Part shown: positions 39,482 to 50,138 of the stretch, in pieces
Layout: each line of letters starts with the position of its first letter
Position numbering within the stretch: position 1 is the first letter of the stretch
NCBI GenBank assembly: GCA_027339965.1
Contig: DAHWNL010000038.1
Location: 1-64,000 of the forward strand
Length of the DNA: 64,000 nucleotides
Source: Granulicella sp.
GTDB lineage: Bacteria > Acidobacteriota > Terriglobia > Terriglobales > Acidobacteriaceae
Reading direction: 5' to 3'
The notes under the pieces: model-generated
Database searches by the model: none
What the model saw: the letters and a program-made list of their open reading frames with translations, nothing else
Told to the model about the DNA's origin: nothing
Made by a program: the position numbers and the translations under genes

Positions 39482-42055
39482 CTACTGAGGAGGCTGTGGG
39501 GATTGAGATGCCGGCTGGGGCTCATATGTTGGCGGGGGTTGGGGTGAGGTTTTGTCTTTGCCTGTGCCGAAGATCCTCTGCAGCAGACTGCGGTGCTTGG
39601 GTGCATCTGCAGGCTGCGACGTTGCCGGAGTGTTGCTGGATGGGTTGGATCGTCCGGTGAAGAAGTTGAAGATGCGGCTGGCGAGCGATTGAGGGTTGTC
39701 TCCCAGGTGCGAACAGGTGTTTTCAGGGGCTGTGCCCACCAGAAAGGCGACGGCAAAGTCATTGTCCGGACAGGAGTCGTCGGCGATCAGATCCGTGGGG
39801 CGGTTGATGGTGACCATCTCAACCCCATTGGGCATGGGGCCGAGAGCCTTCATATCCGAGTACTGAGGGATCTTGATGGCGCGGGTCATAAACTCGGCCC
39901 AGATGGGCGCGGCGGCGTCTGCGCCTTGAATTTTGAGATCGGTGTAATCGTCATTGCCCACCCAGACCACGCAAAGAAGGTTGGAAGAGTAGCCGATAAA
40001 CCAGGAATCGTGTTCGGTGCCGGTTTTGCCTGCGGCGGGAGCCGTGAAGCCATGGGCCCGGACGGTTGCGCCCGTGCCGTAGTCGACCACCCCTTGCAGC
40101 AGAGACTGGGTGAGGAAAGCGGTGCGGGGGTCAAGAATCTGTTTGGCCTCGGGCGCAAAGTCGGCGACGATGTCTCCATCCGGATTGCGGACGCTGGCGA
40201 CAACCCAGGGCTTGAGATGAACGCCGTTGTTGGCGAAGACCGTATAGGCCCCAGCCATCTCCAGGGGAGTGGCGTCGTAGGTGCCAATGGCAACCGAGGG
40301 AGTTCCACGCGCATTGACGATGCCGGCCGAACGCGCCAGTGCGGCTACATTTTCATATCCGACGGTCTGGGCCAGAGCGATGGTGGCGATATTCAGGGAG
40401 TGCGCGAGGGCGTCAGCGGCCGTGACCATCCCGGGAAACTCTCCTTTGACGAAGTTGCCGGGCATGTAAGGATGACTGTCGGTGCCGAAGTTCTGAGGGT
40501 CATCGTTGAGCCGGGTTAAAGCCGTAAAGACTCCGCCGGACCCAAGGCTGGAGCCGTCCAGCGAGGTATTGTAAGCGGCGGCATAAACGAAGGGCTTGAA
40601 GGTTGATCCGGTGGGGCGCTCAGCCAGAGCATGATCCAGTTGGGAGGTGGCGTAATGGTGGCCGCCCACCAGCGCCAGCACCTGCCCGGTGTGCGGATTC
40701 AGCGCCACCAGGGCGACCTGAGGATAGGTGATGGGGCCGTCGGGGACGTAGTCCTTGGTGAACCGCTGCCCGCGTGTATGGTGGTGAAGGAAGTAACGCC
40801 GGCGCACGAGCTCATCTACGTTTTGCATCCCGGCGGAAACTGCGGCGGCGGCGGCGCGCTGCAGATCAGGGTCCAATGAGGTGTAGATGTGCAGGGCCGA
40901 ATGGGCTGTGGCCGATTCTCCGAGGCGCTGCACGATCTGGTCGTGGACCAGATCGACGAAGTACGGCGCCTCAGAGGCATCGATGTCCGGAGGGGCGAGG
41001 TGAATGGGTTCGGCCTTGGCACGAGCCGCTTGATTCCGCGTGATGGCCCCGGTCTCAACCATGGAGTCAAGGACCAGATTGCGCCGATCCATGGAACGTA
41101 CTGGATGGCGATAGGGGGAAAAGTAGTTGGGCCGCTGGATCATGCCGGCCAGTAGAGCGCATTCCGCCAGGTCCAACTGACCCAGATTCTTGCCAAAGTA
41201 TGCCTGGGCCGCCTCGCCAAAGCCGTTAATGGCAAAGGAGCCTCGCTGGCCAAGATTGATCTCGTTGGCATACATCGCGAAGATCTGCTGCTTGGTGAAG
41301 CGATGTTCGAGCTGAAAGGTGATTATTACCTCAGCGATCTTGCGAGAGTATGTCTTTTCCGGAGAAAGGAAAAAGCCGCGGGCCAGTTGCTGCGTCAGTG
41401 TGGATCCGCCACAGTTCAGGCGGTGGGCCAGCAGATCCTGCACGGCGCATTTTGCGGTGCGCACATAGTTGATGCCGCCGTGTTCAAAAAAGCGGCGGTC
41501 CTCAATGGCTAGCACGGCCTGAACCATGCGAGGAGGAATCTGATCGTAAGTCACCAGACGGCGCTTGGTGCGTTCGTTCTCCCCAGAGAGAGCGGTGATC
41601 AACTGTGGTTCGAGCTTGTAGGCGGCGAGCGGAGCTCCGTTCTCGGCTGTAATGCTCTGCACCATGCCCCCTGCGGTGGCAATGGTGGCGCCATCCATGG
41701 CCAGATAGCTGTCGGGCCCCGGTTTGATCAGGATCGAGTTGCCCCGCAGTTCGTAGCGTCCCAAGTCGGGGTTCAGGTTGTACCCCGCCCGGCGGAGCGT
41801 GGCGGCAATCGCGGCCGCTGAGAGTTGCTGGCCGGGGCGCACCTCCTGCGGAGCTGCATAGATCTGGGCCGAATTTCCGAAGAGGGGCCCTTTGGCCAGC
41901 CGTTCCGCCACCATGCCCCGATAGCGGAACCAGAAGGAGCCGAAGATGCCGGCCCCAATGAGAATCACCACCAGCGCGAGCAGTACGGCTGCTTGCAGCA
42001 GCGTCGAGAGCCACGGACGATGACGGCGAGGAGCGAGTTTGACTCTTACAGGCAT
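39482..42055 (-). CDS. mrcB: Bifunctional penicillin-binding protein 1B (UB2H, transglycosylase, transpeptidase)
   Basis: EDRRFFEH, GGSTLTQQL, RK..E, GSTFKP (SxxK), SLN, KTG. Confidence 0.93.
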   Translation of the reverse strand: MPVRVKLAPRRHRPWLSTLLQAAVLLALVVILIGAGIFGSFWFRYRGMVAERLAKGPLFGNSAQIYAAPQEVRPGQQLSAAAIAATLRRAGYNLNPDLGRYELRGNSILIKPGPDSYLAMDGATIATAGGMVQSITAENGAPLAAYKLEPQLITALSGENERTKRRLVTYDQIPPRMVQAVLAIEDRRFFEHGGINYVRTAKCAVQDLLAHRLNCGGSTLTQQLARGFFLSPEKTYSRKIAEVIITFQLEHRFTKQQIFAMYANEINLGQRGSFAINGFGEAAQAYFGKNLGQLDLAECALLAGMIQRPNYFSPYRHPVRSMDRRNLVLDSMVETGAITRNQAARAKAEPIHLAPPDIDASEAPYFVDLVHDQIVQRLGESATAHSALHIYTSLDPDLQRAAAAAVSAGMQNVDELVRRRYFLHHHTRGQRFTKDYVPDGPITYPQVALVALNPHTGQVLALVGGHHYATSQLDHALAERPTGSTFKPFVYAAAYNTSLDGSSLGSGGVFTALTRLNDDPQNFGTDSHPYMPGNFVKGEFPGMVTAADALAHSLNIATIALAQTVGYENVAALARSAGIVNARGTPSVAIGTYDATPLEMAGAYTVFANNGVHLKPWVVASVRNPDGDIVADFAPEAKQILDPRTAFLTQSLLQGVVDYGTGATVRAHGFTAPAAGKTGTEHDSWFIGYSSNLLCVVWVGNDDYTDLKIQGADAAAPIWAEFMTRAIKIPQYSDMKALGPMPNGVEMVTINRPTDLIADDSCPDNDFAVAFLVGTAPENTCSHLGDNPQSLASRIFNFFTGRSNPSSNTPATSQPADAPKHRSLLQRIFGTGKDKTSPQPPPTYEPQPASQSPQPPQ

Positions 42056-42097
42056 GGGAACCAGAGAAGGAAGTCGGGCATGGCGATCGAGAGAGCC

Positions 42098-43942
42098 TCA
42101 GGATTTAGACGCTGCCAGAAGCGATGCGAGGTGCTGACTCAAGGACTCCACGGGCAGACTGGTGGTGAGGCCGGTGAGGCGATCCACAAGTTCCACGTGA
42201 CCTTCGGCAAGTTTTTTGCCGATGTTGACCCGGTAAGGAACTCCGATCAGTTCAGCATCCTTGAACTTTACGCCGGCACGCTCGTCGCGGTCATCCAGAA
42301 GGACGTCGACTCCAGCGGCATCGAGCGCCTTGGCCAGCGACTCCCCAGCCTCCAGGAGTTCAGGTTCACGAACGTTTGTGATGCAGACGACCACCTCAAA
42401 GGGTGCGATGGCCGGCGGCAAGGCATACTGCTCCGAACTGGTGGTTGCCAAGAACTTGGCCGCACTGGACTCGATGGCTGCGGTGAGAATGCGCTCAATG
42501 CCAATTCCATAGCAACCCATGATCGGGGTTACCTCTTTGCCGTTGGCATCCAAAACCCGCGCGCCCATGCTTTGGCTGTACTTGTAGCCCAGCTTGAAGA
42601 TATGGCCGATCTCGACCGCCTTGCCCAGGCGCAGGGGTTGCCCCGCCACCGGGTCGAGTTCTCCCTCGTTGATGTTGCGAATGTCGGCAACCAGAGTGGG
42701 CGTGAAGTCACGGCCGGGGGTGACGTTTCGATAGTGATAATCGAGCCGATTGGCTCCGCAGACCAGGTTCTGGCGGCCTTCCAGGCCGGAGTCCATGATG
42801 ACGATCGTCTTCAGACCCTCGGCGGGGGTTTCGCGCAGCACGCCCTTGAGTTTATCGAGCGGCTTGCCGGATTTGAGGCCGTTGAGCGAGCCCTGGGTCA
42901 TCACTTCGGCGATGCCGACGGGTCCCAGGTAGCCGGCGGGACCGCCGATGTGCAGGGCAAGCTCTTCGCCGGTCATGGGACGCAGTTCGGTGACGCCGGC
43001 TACGGCGCTCAGCTTGGTCTCATTCACCTGATGGTCGCCGCGCAGGAACGCGACTACGGGGCGAAGAGGTTCGCCGGAGCGCGCGCCCATGAAGGCGACG
43101 CACTTGATGTCTTGCGCCGCATGGATGGCGAAGAAGGCGGTGACATCGGCAATGGAGGCTTTTCCTGGTGTGGAAACCAGCTCCGGCATTCCGTCTCCGG
43201 TGGGCTCCAGATCGGCCACAGGGGTCAGCCTGCTGGTGGCCTTCTCGATATTGGCGGCGTAGCCGGAGGAGGAACTGGCGATAAGATCTTCGCCTGCCTC
43301 GGTGTAGACCATGAACTCCTGGGACTGCGATCCGCCCATGGCGCCGGAGTCAGCTTCGACGACGACAAACTCCAGGCCGCAGCGGGTGAAGATGGCGCGA
43401 TAGGCGGCATCGTTCTTCTTGTAGCTTTCGTCCAGCCCGGCGGCATCCAGGTCAAAGGAGTAGGCGTCTTTCATGAGGAACTGGCGGACGCGCAGGAGGC
43501 CGGACTTGGGGCGGGGCTCGTCGCGAAATTTGGTTTGGATCTGATACCAGATCTGGGGAAGCTGCTTGTAGCTGCGCAGTTCGTTGCGGGCGATAGAGGT
43601 GATGACCTCCTCGTGGGTCATCGCCAGGCAAAGCTGCGCGCCTTTGCGATCCTTGAGGCGAAACATGTTGTCGCCCATCCCGGTCCAGCGGCCGGACTCT
43701 TCCCAGATCTCGGCGGGATTAAGGGCGGGGAGAAAGAACTCCTGGCCGATCTTGTCCATCTCCTGGCGAACAATGGCCACGATCTTGTTCAGGGAGCGCT
43801 GCCCAAGAGGAAGGTAGCTGTAGATGCCCGCGCCCAGTTGGCGAATGTATCCCGCGCGCAAAAGAAGCTTGTGACTGGCGACTTCCGCGTCGGCGGGAGC
43901 GTCGCGGAGCGTCGGAATGAATAGCTTCGACCATCGGTGCAT
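42098..43942 (-). CDS. proS: Proline--tRNA ligase (prokaryotic type with INS editing domain)
   Basis: [63 protein letters not shown]. Confidence 0.98.
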   Translation of the reverse strand: MHRWSKLFIPTLRDAPADAEVASHKLLLRAGYIRQLGAGIYSYLPLGQRSLNKIVAIVRQEMDKIGQEFFLPALNPAEIWEESGRWTGMGDNMFRLKDRKGAQLCLAMTHEEVITSIARNELRSYKQLPQIWYQIQTKFRDEPRPKSGLLRVRQFLMKDAYSFDLDAAGLDESYKKNDAAYRAIFTRCGLEFVVVEADSGAMGGSQSQEFMVYTEAGEDLIASSSSGYAANIEKATSRLTPVADLEPTGDGMPELVSTPGKASIADVTAFFAIHAAQDIKCVAFMGARSGEPLRPVVAFLRGDHQVNETKLSAVAGVTELRPMTGEELALHIGGPAGYLGPVGIAEVMTQGSLNGLKSGKPLDKLKGVLRETPAEGLKTIVIMDSGLEGRQNLVCGANRLDYHYRNVTPGRDFTPTLVADIRNINEGELDPVAGQPLRLGKAVEIGHIFKLGYKYSQSMGARVLDANGKEVTPIMGCYGIGIERILTAAIESSAAKFLATTSSEQYALPPAIAPFEVVVCITNVREPELLEAGESLAKALDAAGVDVLLDDRDERAGVKFKDAELIGVPYRVNIGKKLAEGHVELVDRLTGLTTSLPVESLSQHLASLLAASKS

Positions 43943-44044
43943 ATTCCCTCGATTGTATCGAACCCGGCAGATGCCGGCTGAGGCTGGCAAAGCGAAAGGG
44001 AGGAGCGTTACGGAGAGGTTGCCTGACCGGCGAGTTTCCCCAGA

Positions 44045-44085
44045 TTCCCAGAGTTCTTCCTGCGCTTCCCAGAGTTCTTCCTGCG
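44045..44085. repeat. Tandem duplication, 21-bp period
   Basis: TTCCCAGAGTTCTTCCTGCG at 44045-44064 and 44066-44085, between kdsD and proS. Confidence 0.85.
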
Positions 44086-44204
44086 GCGGTTCGGCAGCCC
44101 AGCGGGAGAGTTGTGCTGCGCAACGGCATCCTCCACCCTGGCGCCAACATCAGGCGCTGATCGGCCTGGATATCGGCAAACGAAGTTTCCCTGTTTGCTC
44201 CAGC

Positions 44205-45200
44205 TCAGGTCAGGATGTCGTGGAGATGGAGGACGCCCAGAACAGGAGTGGAGGGTGTTCCGTCCGCAGTGACGATCAAGGCGGTGATCTTATGCTCTTC
44301 CATGACAGCCAGGGCATCGCCGGCGAAGCGGGCGGGAGAGATGGTGCGAGGCGATGGGTTCAAGATCTCCGCAGCCGTGTGATGAAACGCGCTGGGACCG
44401 CTGCGAGCGAAGAGCCGGCGCAGGTCGCCGTCGGAGAGGATGCCGAGCAGAGCGCCGTTGGATTGTATCGTGGTCATGCCCAGGCGCTTGGCGGACATCT
44501 CGTGAATGATCTCCGGGAGGGTTGCCGAGGGAGCCACTGAGGGGATGGCATCGCCGCTGTGCATCAGCAGGTCGATGGTGACCAGGCGTTGGCCAAGCCG
44601 GCCGCCAGGATGAAGCTCCGCGAAATCCCGGGGCTGAAAGTTGAGCCGGCCACTGATGTTGATCGCCAAGGCATCCCCCAGCGCCAGCATCACGGTGGTT
44701 GAAGCGGTGGGCGCCAGTTGCAGGTTGCAGGCCTCGCGCTCCACGTGAACGTCGAGCACGTGCGCGGAGGCTTTGGCCAGGGAGGAGTCCGGCGTTGCGG
44801 TAAGACTGACCAGGGTCACGCCAAGGCGGGGGAGAACCGGCAGCAGACGTAGCAGCTCCTCGGTATGGCCGGAGTACGAGAGCGCGGCTAGAACGTCTCC
44901 GCTGTGCAGCACGCCGAGGTCGCCATGCAGGGCTTCTGTGGGGTGAAGAAATTGGGCCGGCGTGCCGGTGGAAAGCATGGTTGCGGCGATTTTGCGGGCG
45001 ATCAGGCCGCTCTTGCCCACCCCGGTGAGCACCACGCGATGACCGTTGCGGACAGTTTCAGCCAGCAAAGAGGCGACCCGTTCAAACACTTCATTTTGCG
45101 GGCCCTCCAGGCGCCTGGCGAGGTGTTCCAGTGCCTCGGCTTGGATACGAACCAACTCCGAAGGGCTGTGCGGCGCGGGGGATTGCGAGGGTGGGAGCAT
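44205..45200 (-). CDS. kdsD: D-arabinose 5-phosphate isomerase (KpsF/GutQ; SIS plus CBS domains)
   Basis: GVGKSGLIARK, EALHGDLG, APTASTT, HPGG, CBS pair. Confidence 0.95.
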   Translation of the reverse strand: MLPPSQSPAPHSPSELVRIQAEALEHLARRLEGPQNEVFERVASLLAETVRNGHRVVLTGVGKSGLIARKIAATMLSTGTPAQFLHPTEALHGDLGVLHSGDVLAALSYSGHTEELLRLLPVLPRLGVTLVSLTATPDSSLAKASAHVLDVHVEREACNLQLAPTASTTVMLALGDALAINISGRLNFQPRDFAELHPGGRLGQRLVTIDLLMHSGDAIPSVAPSATLPEIIHEMSAKRLGMTTIQSNGALLGILSDGDLRRLFARSGPSAFHHTAAEILNPSPRTISPARFAGDALAVMEEHKITALIVTADGTPSTPVLGVLHLHDILT

Positions 45201-45363
45201 CAGATTTCTTGCCGATGTCTGTCTTCAATGACCATGCTAGCAGAACGGCCGTAGAGGGATTCGAGCTGGCTCGCGGGGGCTATTGGGAGCAAGGAGAAAC
45301 GGCGCTAAACTAAGGAGAGAAGCCGCGCGAGCGTGGAGCTTCGCCGCGCCGAGGGATAGAGAC

Positions 45364-46005
45364 GTGTTTGGTGATCAAGTTCGCCGTCTGGCGATTGTTG
45401 TCCTGCTGATTGCGGGCGTGACGTTGCTTGTGCTTGCAGGCACCCATAATTTGCGTTCTCGGCAGAGGCAGATTCAGTCTCAACAGCAGAGCGTCGGATC
45501 GGCTGCGCCGGCTTCCGCGTCTTCGGATGGCGGCGGGGATGATGATGGAGACGACCCCATGGCTAAGAAGATGCTCGGCAAGGCCGCTCCCGGCTTCACG
45601 TTGGTCGATCTTCAGGGTAAGAAGGTTTCCCTCTCGGATTACAAAGGACATCCGGTCGTGCTGAACTTCTGGGCGACCTATTGCCCCCCCTGCAAGCTGG
45701 AGATGCCGTGGTTTCAGGAATTGGAGAACCAGTACCAGAGCCGGGGCCTGGTGGTGCTGGGCGTGGATCAAGACGATGGCATGGCAGTCAAGGATGTCGC
45801 CGCGGCCGCCAAGAAGATCGGCGTGACCTATCCCATCCTGATGCCCAACAGCGACATTTCCAAGAGCTATCAACTGGGTGATTACATTCCCGAGACCTTC
45901 TACATCGATAAGAACGGGAGGATCGTGGACCAGACAGTGGGGGCGCACTCCAGGGACGAGATGCAAGCGGATATTGAGAAGGCCATCGAATCGGGTGGCG
46001 AGTGA
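45364..46005 (+). CDS. TlpA/ResA-family thiol-disulfide oxidoreductase
   Basis: TM anchor; LNFWATYCPPCKLEMP; IPETFYID; GAGGGA SD before GTG 45364. Confidence 0.92.
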   Translation: MFGDQVRRLAIVVLLIAGVTLLVLAGTHNLRSRQRQIQSQQQSVGSAAPASASSDGGGDDDGDDPMAKKMLGKAAPGFTLVDLQGKKVSLSDYKGHPVVLNFWATYCPPCKLEMPWFQELENQYQSRGLVVLGVDQDDGMAVKDVAAAAKKIGVTYPILMPNSDISKSYQLGDYIPETFYIDKNGRIVDQTVGAHSRDEMQADIEKAIESGGE

Positions 46006-46553
46006 GAACTTTGCATCTGAGACTGATCCGGCGGCCGCTCGTCCCGATGACGCTTCTCGGAGCGATGTTTCTCGCCGTTGCCTGTATAAGTTCGTCTGCG
46101 CCGCTCATGCCGCGCGCATGCGCGCAGCAGATCCAGTTTGGATTGACGCCGGCTGCGCATCATGGGCATGTGGAGTTGCTCTCCGATAATGTACAAGTGA
46201 TTGCTGGAGTGCCGCAGGTGGTGCAGTTATGGTTTCGGGTAGACGATGGATTCCACATCAACTCGCACAAGCCTCTGGACCAGCTGCTGATTCCAACCCG
46301 GTTGCAACTTGAGTTGACCGATGGCGTCAAGGTGATGGGCGACACCTATCCTGCCGGTTCCTCCTTTCGGTTGCAGATGGGATCAGGTGAGCTGATGAGC
46401 GTTTACCAGGGAAGGTTTCCGGTGAGCGTGCGGCTGGTAGCGCCCAAGGGCGAATCGACGCTGAACGGTGTGCTGCACTACCAAGCCTGCGGCAGCGCCT
46501 CTTGCTTTCCTCCTCAATCGCTTGCGGTCAGGGTGGCCTTGAGCGGGCAGTGA
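46002..46553 (+). CDS. Stand-alone DsbD N-terminal (Ig-like) domain protein
   Basis: GFHINSHKP, YQACGSASCFPP; GTGA overlap with the TlpA stop. Confidence 0.85.
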   Translation: MRTLHLRLIRRPLVPMTLLGAMFLAVACISSSAPLMPRACAQQIQFGLTPAAHHGHVELLSDNVQVIAGVPQVVQLWFRVDDGFHINSHKPLDQLLIPTRLQLELTDGVKVMGDTYPAGSSFRLQMGSGELMSVYQGRFPVSVRLVAPKGESTLNGVLHYQACGSASCFPPQSLAVRVALSGQ

Positions 46554-46689
46554 CCGGCGAAGGCTGGGTCGGACCGGCCTCTGCGCGATAGCTGAAGCCA
46601 CAGACAAGTCTCCCGGCGCAACCCTCTGCTGAGCGGCTCAGAGGCCGGCTCTCTCCTGAAGGTTGTGAAGTTGAGAAGCTGAGGTTGGA

Positions 46690-48222
46690 TCAGCGGCGCT
46701 GGTTTGCTTGCCTCTTCTGGGCTTCCAGGAAGCGGCGGACGCGGTCCAGAGTGCGCGCCTTGCCAAAGACGAGCATGCTCTCGACCAGCGGAGGGCTGGT
46801 GGTGCTACCGGTGAGGATGGCGCGCAGCAGCATGAAGTTTTCCTTGACTGACCACTGTTTCGCCTCTCCCAGCGTCTTCAGCGAGAACTCGATGGCCTCC
46901 GCCTCCCAGGCGGCTGCCTCCAGTGCGGCCAGTTGCTCAGCGATAAAGGCCAGGGACTCCTCAAAGCTCCGCTTCTTTGGCAGCCAGACGGACTCAGGAG
47001 GCAAGATATTGTCCGCAAAGAAGAAGCCGGTCATGTCTCCGAACTGGCCCAGAATCTCCATGCGGGACTGGACCAGAGGCGCAATAGCGCGGATGTAGCT
47101 ATCGGAGAGAATGGTGCTGCGCAGAGCGGTGAAGAATTCCTCGGGGGTGAGTTTGCGCAGATACTCGCCATTGAGCCATTTGAGCTTTACCAGATCAAAG
47201 ACGGGTCCTCCCAGAGAGATGCGGCGGAAGTCGAACTTCTCCAGCATCTCGGCAAGAGAGAAGATGTCGCCTTCCTTGGTGTTGAGGCCCTTGGAGACGA
47301 TCTCCTGCTCGGTAGGTTGAGCCATGCCGCCCCCCATCAACCCAAGGAAGTTGAGTATGGCCTGCGGAAGGTAACCGGATTGCTGGTAAAAGACCAGCGA
47401 GACCGGATTTTTGCGCTTGGAGATCTTGGACTTGTCGGCGTTGCGCAGCAAGGGCATGTGCCAGAACCGAGGCAGTTCCCAGCCGAAGGCGGCGTAGAGC
47501 AGGACATGCTTCGGTGTGGAGGAGATCCACTCTTCGGCGCGAATTACGTCGGTGATGCGCATCAGGTGATCGTCGACCACGTTGGCCAGATGATAGGTGG
47601 GATAGCCGTCGGATTTGAGCAGCACCTGGTCATCGACGTTATTGTGGTCAAAGGTGATGGAGCCGCGGAGTTCGTCGGTAAAGGTGGTGGACTGGTTCTC
47701 TGGAACTTTGAGGCGGACGGTATAGGGCCGGCCCTCGGTAAGGTAGGCGTCGATCTGGGCCTGGGTGAGATGACGGTGAGCGCCGTTGTATCGGGGTGGC
47801 ACCTTGGCTGCGATCTGCTGCTGACGCATGGCCTCGAGCTCCTCTGCGGTCTCAAAGGAGCGATAGGCGTGGCCGCTGGCCAGCAGCATCGCGGCGTGCT
47901 CCCGATAGATCGCTGTTCGCTCCGATTGACGATAAGGACCATAGGGTCCGCCCACGTCCGGGCCCTCGTCCCAGGCGAGGCCAACCCAGCGCAGGGAGTC
48001 GAAGATCATCTGCTCAGAGGCGGGAACGAAGCGGGTGCGGTCGGTATCTTCAATGCGCAGGATGAACCGGCCCGAGCGCTGGCGTGCATAGATATAGTTG
48101 AGCAGGCCGATGTAGGCAGTGCCAACGTGGGGGTCGCCGGTGGGAGAAGGGGCGATGCGGACACGGACGGGAGCGGCTTCTTGCGTGCAGAGATGCTGGT
48201 TCAAAGGGGCCTGGCATGTCAT
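46690..48222 (-). CDS. gltX: Glutamate--tRNA ligase
   Basis: RIAPSPTGDPHVG (HIGH), LRIEDTD, YRQSER, PTYHLANVVDD, KISKR (KMSKS). Confidence 0.98.
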   Translation of the reverse strand: MTCQAPLNQHLCTQEAAPVRVRIAPSPTGDPHVGTAYIGLLNYIYARQRSGRFILRIEDTDRTRFVPASEQMIFDSLRWVGLAWDEGPDVGGPYGPYRQSERTAIYREHAAMLLASGHAYRSFETAEELEAMRQQQIAAKVPPRYNGAHRHLTQAQIDAYLTEGRPYTVRLKVPENQSTTFTDELRGSITFDHNNVDDQVLLKSDGYPTYHLANVVDDHLMRITDVIRAEEWISSTPKHVLLYAAFGWELPRFWHMPLLRNADKSKISKRKNPVSLVFYQQSGYLPQAILNFLGLMGGGMAQPTEQEIVSKGLNTKEGDIFSLAEMLEKFDFRRISLGGPVFDLVKLKWLNGEYLRKLTPEEFFTALRSTILSDSYIRAIAPLVQSRMEILGQFGDMTGFFFADNILPPESVWLPKKRSFEESLAFIAEQLAALEAAAWEAEAIEFSLKTLGEAKQWSVKENFMLLRAILTGSTTSPPLVESMLVFGKARTLDRVRRFLEAQKRQANQRR

Positions 48223-48273
48223 AGAGATGACACACCCATGTTAACAGCTTGAACGGCAGAAGCCGTGCCGAGG

Positions 48274-48603
48274 CTACGGACGGGGCGGTGGAGCAGGCGG
48301 GTTGAAGCTCGCCGGCGGCGGTGGATAGTTTCCCGGCGGGGGCGGATAGGGCTGCAGACCTGCATAGAAGGGAGGAGCAGGGATGACGCGCCAATCCGAG
48401 AAGGCGAGGATGCAGGCCACGATGATCCATCCGACGGCAGGAACGAGGATGAGCAGAGACAGTGGTCCCGAAAGACCGGCTTTGGAGAAGATCCGCCAGA
48501 AGAGGTAGATCGCAAAGACAACAATGCAGAGCCAGAAGAGCATGAAGATGCCCATCATGCCGGCGATGGCGCTGCTAAGCTGGGTAATTTGATTCTGGTC
48601 CAT
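48274..48603 (-). CDS. Small membrane protein with Pro-rich C-terminus
   Basis: GGAGG SD; two TM segments around WRIFSKAG; YPPPPGNYPPPP tail. Confidence 0.8.
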   Translation of the reverse strand: MDQNQITQLSSAIAGMMGIFMLFWLCIVVFAIYLFWRIFSKAGLSGPLSLLILVPAVGWIIVACILAFSDWRVIPAPPFYAGLQPYPPPPGNYPPPPASFNPPAPPPRP

Positions 48604-48707
48604 GACCGCCTCCGCAGAGAGGTGAAAAGAGAGATGGAACGACTGTATCAGGAGATGGGGCCCGGGTCAGCAGACGCCGGCATGGGAGCAGGAGCCGCGA
48701 ATGGAAA

Positions 48708-49328
48708 TCAGGTCAGGTCATCCGTATCAAAGGACGGCAACTTGCGGCCCAACGCGCTCAGGTTGAGCGGCTCGGCGACTGCGGCCAGGGCTGCATCCAC
48801 CTCAGCTTCGTCGGGAACTTCGGCGTGAGCGGCCATCTTCCTGTGTTCGCTGGGGGGGGCGATGGACTCCAGCAGGACCACGACATGCGCAACGGCCGTG
48901 CCATCCTGGGGAAGGCCCTCTGGGGTTTTGCCCTTGATGCTGACGTTATTGACATCGATCCCCAGCAGGTCGGCGACGCGCTCCCGCATCGCTCCGGCCA
49001 AAGGAACGATCTTGGGCCGATGCATGATCAATACACAGTCGATGTTGACGATCTTGAAGCCAACCAGAGCGATCTCTTCCAGCGCGGTTTTCAGGAAAAC
49101 CGTAGAATCGGCCCCCTTCCACTTTGGGTCCGTGGGCGGAAAAAAGGTGCCGATATCGCCGGCGGATACGGCGCCGAGAAGGGCGTCCGTGATGGCGTGA
49201 AGAAGAAGATCGCCGTCGGAGTGGCCTGCAAATCCCTCCGGATGGTCGATCTTGAGACCGCCCAGGACCAGAGGAATGCCTTTCTCAAAGGCGTGAGAGT
49301 CAAAGCCGAGGCCGATGCGCAAGCTCAT
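48708..49328 (-). CDS. ispF: 2-C-methyl-D-erythritol 2,4-cyclodiphosphate synthase with C-terminal extension
   Basis: RIGLGFDSH, GHSDGDLLLHAITDALLGA, GDIG..FP, IKGKT. Confidence 0.96.
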   Translation of the reverse strand: MSLRIGLGFDSHAFEKGIPLVLGGLKIDHPEGFAGHSDGDLLLHAITDALLGAVSAGDIGTFFPPTDPKWKGADSTVFLKTALEEIALVGFKIVNIDCVLIMHRPKIVPLAGAMRERVADLLGIDVNNVSIKGKTPEGLPQDGTAVAHVVVLLESIAPPSEHRKMAAHAEVPDEAEVDAALAAVAEPLNLSALGRKLPSFDTDDLT

Positions 49329-49421
49329 TGCAGTTGATCATAAAGCAGGAACGGAGGATTCGATACCCCACTTCACTTGCAAGGCGCTTCGGGAGGATGA
49401 GCCGGCACGCATGGGGGATCC

Positions 49422-50138
49422 TCATCCTGCCAGGTAGAACTCTGCAATTCTCAGGTCTCCGGGCTGGGTGACCTTGAAGTTGCGTGGATTACCCGGGACG
49501 ACAAAGACGGGAATGTTGGCCCGCTCCAGAAGGCTGGCCTCATCTGTTCCGGTGAAGCCATCGGCGGCAGCCTCAGCGAAGGCTCGCCGCAGCAAAGGGA
49601 TGCGTGCTCCCTGCGGGGTCTGGGCCAGCACGATGAGTTCCCGGGGGATGGTAGCGGTGACCAAAGCACCGTCAGCGGTGCGCTCCACCTGCTTGATGGT
49701 GTCAATGGCGGGGGTTCCGACGATGGCAGCTCCATGCTTTTCAATCGCGTCGACGATGTGGTCGATGGTGGTGCGATCGATCAGGGGTCGAACTGCGTCA
49801 TGTACCAGAACGATATCCGCGCTGGCGGCGCCGGCCCCGGTGCTGGGGATGGCAGCCAAGGCGTTGGCGACGGATTCCTGGCGGGAGTCGCCGCCCGAGA
49901 CCAGGTGGACCTTTTCGAGGAGGCGATGTGCAGCGATCATCGCCTGCACGCGCTCCCGCTCCGGCTCCCGGACCGCTACATACACAGCGCTGACGCGAGG
50001 CACAGCGAGAAAGGCGCGCAGGGAGTGAACCAAAATGGGGAGGCCGCCAAGTTCCAGAAACTGTTTGGAGACGCCGCCGGTGGTATGCGCCATTCGGGTG
50101 CCGATGCCTGCGGCCGGGATAATGACAAAGACGGACAT
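49422..50138 (-). CDS. ispD: 2-C-methyl-D-erythritol 4-phosphate cytidylyltransferase
   Basis: IPAAGIGTRM, KQFL, GGDSRQESV, VHDAVRP, QTPQ, TDEAS, NFKVT. Confidence 0.96.
   Translation of the reverse strand: MSVFVIIPAAGIGTRMAHTTGGVSKQFLELGGLPILVHSLRAFLAVPRVSAVYVAVREPERERVQAMIAAHRLLEKVHLVSGGDSRQESVANALAAIPSTGAGAASADIVLVHDAVRPLIDRTTIDHIVDAIEKHGAAIVGTPAIDTIKQVERTADGALVTATIPRELIVLAQTPQGARIPLLRRAFAEAAADGFTGTDEASLLERANIPVFVVPGNPRNFKVTQPGDLRIAEFYLAG

Noticed and set aside
41825..43924. 699-aa plus-strand ORF
   Set aside because: Antisense shadow of proS, no recognisable motifs; expected in high-GC DNA
46933..48252. 439-aa plus-strand ORF, and similar long ORFs at 19915-21357, 17174-18637, 22507-23730, 26343-27626 and 54364-55665
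   Set aside because: They overlap well-supported genes in antisense or alternative frames and have Arg/Ala/Pro-rich non-protein-like composition
49345..49370. Minus-strand TCGAATCC T-loop-like motif between ispD and ispF
   Set aside because: No acceptor or anticodon arms; the gap is better explained as the ispF promoter region
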